From the NCBI RefSeq assembly GCF_006345805.1, contig NW_021837005.1, forward strand, positions 1 through 22,425: 22,425 bases of DNA. The letters run 5' to 3'. This document shows, one piece after another, positions 19,680 to 22,425 of this stretch. Source of the stretch: Octopus sinensis. Taxonomy: Eukaryota. The position numbers and the translations under genes are program-made. Below the pieces are notes generated by a model. That model was given only the letters and a program-made list of their open reading frames with translations, was not told where the DNA came from and made no database searches. Numbering within the stretch: the first letter of the stretch is position 1; every line of letters begins with the position of its first letter.

Positions 19680-19955
19680 GACGTAGCACAGTATACAATA
19701 TCGTAAAGTTGTTGATTGAAGATATTGTGTCTGCCGTGGTTTTGTACTGTTTGTGAAGTCACAACAAGGACCTCAGACAGACAGCCCCTTAGGCAATATG
19801 CTCGCAGTTCCAATAATACCGACTTTTACAAGGCATCTAAATAGTAGGGTTTCTCTAAAGTTTTCAGATGACAATAGAGACAACCTTATGATCGACTCTC
19901 GTAGATACCGTATCTTATCGATCTCAATCCTTAGGTCCCCATATTTATCAAATTT
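19678..19955 (-). mobile_element. 3' fragment of an R4/Dong-like (RLE-type) non-LTR retrotransposon in (TAA)n
   Basis: KFDKYGDLRIEID..IIGTASILPKGLSV* plus 3' UTR ending in (TAA)n. Confidence 0.65.
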
Positions 19956-20006
19956 TTATTATTATTATTATTATTATTATTTTATTATATTATTATTATT
20001 ATTATT

Positions 20007-20165
20007 CAGTAGTTTTATTTTTATAGCGTGCTTTCACTTCACTACCGAGCGCAGCTCTGTGTGCCTTGGGTATGTGCTGTGATTTGTTGTGATGCTCTGA
20101 TGGTTATTGTATGGAAAGTGCTCTGCGTAGGATGTGTGCAGTGCCTAGTAGTGCAATTTTCTGTA

Positions 20166-20170
<5 letters not shown>
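20007..20170 (-). mobile_element. Short 3' fragment of a second R4/Dong-like family in (TAA)n
   Basis: NIQKIALLGTAHILRRALSIQ* plus 3' UTR, with (TAA)n on both sides. Confidence 0.75.
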
Positions 20171-20234
<64 letters not shown>

Positions 20235-20256
20235 CATCATTATTATTATTATTATT

Positions 20257-20822
20257 AAGTAGTCATATTTTTATCACGATCTTTCATTGCGCAACCGTTC
20301 GCAGTTCTGTCTGATTTGGGTATATGCTGAGGTTTGTCGCGAAGTTCTTATTGTCACTGTACTGAAAGTGTTTTACCTAGGATGTGTACGGTGATTAGTA
20401 GTACTATTTTCTCTATGTTATATATATTTGTTAGTCCCAGTGTTTTTGCTATGTATTTCTCCGAATACTTTTTTTTTATCATGCCTAATGCGTCTATTAC
20501 GAGAGGAATTGTTTGTGTTTTTAGACTCCATATTCGAGTTACCTTTATTTCTAGGTTTTGTTATTTCGAAAGTTTCTCCATTTCTTTTAGAGAAACGCTG
20601 TCATCCGTTGGTGACATTTATGTCTGACATTTATGGTATATATTTCATGATTATTGGTACTGACTTGTTTATGACTAGTGTTTCTCGGATCCATGTGTGG
20701 GAAATGCTATGAAAAGCCTTTCGGTAATCGATCCAGGCCATACTTAGATCCTTCTTCTTTCTGCGGCTGTCTTCAGTTATGGCTTTATTGAACATTAGTT
20801 GATTTTTACAGCCGTATGAACC
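20257..20822 (-). mobile_element. Internally deleted R4/Dong-like element (RT piece fused to the C-terminal piece)
   Basis: GSYGCKNQLMFNKAI..LSMAWIDYRKAFHSISHTWI joined to LEIKVTRIWSLKTQTIPLVIDALGMI..IEKIVLL..HILGKTLSVQ*. The 3' UTR is homologous to 20007-20170. Confidence 0.8.
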
Positions 20823-20971
20823 CTATTTATTCGTTATATTCGACGTGTGTATTTTAATAGAGAGAAATTTGTAGTTTTGGTGTGTTAGCTCGATTTTTAG
20901 CGATATTCTGGTACTCTACTTAATTTATTTGAACATTTTACCGATATAGGTATAAACTTGCTGGCCACTTC

Positions 20972-20973
20972 AT

Positions 20974-21026
<53 letters not shown>
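20972..21026. repeat. (CTA)n microsatellite
   Basis: Visible directly. Confidence 0.97.
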
Positions 21027-21880
21027 TTTATTTATTTATTTTTTTATTTATTAAATTTGGCTCAAAAGCAAAGAGCAAGGCCATGTAGGGGGACATGGAG
21101 TTAAGTACAGGGTGGTGTTCATGTGAAGAGTTCAGGCCACTTGAGGTCCAGGGAGGCTTTGAACAAAGCGGTCGTCGGCATCTTCACCATCTCTTCTGGC
21201 AGCTTGTTCCACGGATCGGCAACCCGGACGGAGAAAGCTCCTCTCCTTCGATTGAGACGAAATCGTCGCAGGTAGAGCTTTTCGAAATGACCCCGCAGCC
21301 GACGCTCTGGAGCAGGAGTGAAGAACAGCTCTTTCGAGAGGTTACACTTTCCGCTTATGATGTTGTGGGCAAGAATGAGATCACCACGGCGGCGGCGTTT
21401 ATCAAGAGAATAAAGGTCGAGCATCCTCAGCCTTTCTTCGTAGGACAAATTTTTGAGACCATGAACCATGCGGGTAGCCAGCTTCTGGACTCTTTCGAGA
21501 TGCTGTATGTCTTTGAGGAGATAAGGAGAAGAGGCTTGAATCCCATACTCCAATATGGGTCTCACCAGCGTGACATAGAGTGGTAGGAATATGGCTGCTG
21601 TGAGCATTCCGAATGACAGTCGAACCAAGAACAGAATTCCGCGTGCTTTGTTGGCAGCATTGACGCACTGGGCTGAAGGCGAAAAGGAGGAATCCACCAA
21701 GATACCCAGGTCCTTTACCTGACGGGTCCTCTCCAGCAGCAGACGACCCGGCTCGAAATCAAGTTGAGTTGCAGGAGTAGAGCCGACAGGCAGATGACAG
21801 CACTTTGACACGTTCAGACACAGGTCCCAATCGTTAGACCACTTCCAAATTTGGTGGAGGCATCGACGAAGATCCTCGAT
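21027..21880 (-). mobile_element. 5'-truncated CR1-clade LINE with an uninterrupted 254-codon C-terminal frame (21119-21880)
   Basis: LNVSKC, VKDLG, RPILEY, ERVQKLATR, SYEERL, RRRRGDLI, RGH, FSVRVADPWNKLP. The 3' UTR has a CCATGT-CCCCCT-ACATGG hairpin and a (TAAA)n tail. Confidence 0.93.
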
Positions 21881-21882
21881 AT

Positions 21883-21941
<59 letters not shown>

Positions 21942-21961
21942 TTACTACTACTACTACTACT

Positions 21962-22036
<75 letters not shown>
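21881..22036. repeat. (CTA)n then (TTA)n microsatellite
   Basis: Visible directly. Confidence 0.97.
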
Positions 22037-22039
<3 letters not shown>

Positions 22040-22252
22040 GTAATAATACCTTACTCAGTTTTTTGTTGTACTGGTTCATTTTATGTTCGTTTTTGAATGC
22101 CGCGCGGGCATCCGGATGAAAGAACGCGCACGGTGTAGTGTAATGAATATTTTCAAAGACTATGCAGTAAGTCGGGCTGATGGGCCTTAAGTATATTGAT
22201 ACGAAAGTTGAAATCAATTAATACCGGAATATCTCTCTTCTTGCTTCTATAG

Positions 22253-22262
22253 TTCATACAAG
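22253..22262 (+). other. Candidate 10-nt microexon
   Basis: ATCTCTCTTCTTGCTTCTATAG|TTCATACAAG|GTAAGC: long pyrimidine tract, AG and a strong donor. Confidence 0.35.
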
Positions 22263-22425
22263 GTAAGCCTATTCCTGTTATATTCGTTACATTCGTCGTG
22301 TGTATATCTTAATAGTGGGAAGTTTGTGACTTTGGACAGTCAGCTCTATTTTTAGCAAGTCGTATGCTAATACCCTACTTAATTTATTTCTATAGTTTAC
22401 CTATATAGGTGTAAATGGTCAGGCC

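Overview
AT-rich animal genomic DNA dense in microsatellites and repeats. The repeat families look like octopus (cephalopod); this is recognition from sequence, not a database result. No complete host gene, rRNA, tRNA gene or CRISPR array is visible. Main contents: (1) a ~4.6 kb minus-strand CR1-group LINE that is intact at its 5' end but truncated at its 3' end, with an unusual Myb/SANT-like + CCCH ORF1 and a frameshifted APE-RT ORF2; (2) a 5'-truncated sister LINE on the plus strand; (3) a canonical non-autonomous Helitron with a nested retroelement 3' end; (4) tRNA-like SINEs; (5) several foldback/inverted-repeat elements; (6) three minimal type I hammerhead ribozyme motifs in short (TA)n-anchored Penelope-like elements; (7) a decayed mariner whose partly duplicated 5' half brackets a 1.6 kb zinc-knuckle ORF1-only element; (8) R4/Dong-like fragments in (TAA)n and a CR1 fragment in (CTA)n; (9) a few candidate host exons and microexons that I cannot name. 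Most short ORFs in the supplied track are microsatellite or antisense artefacts.
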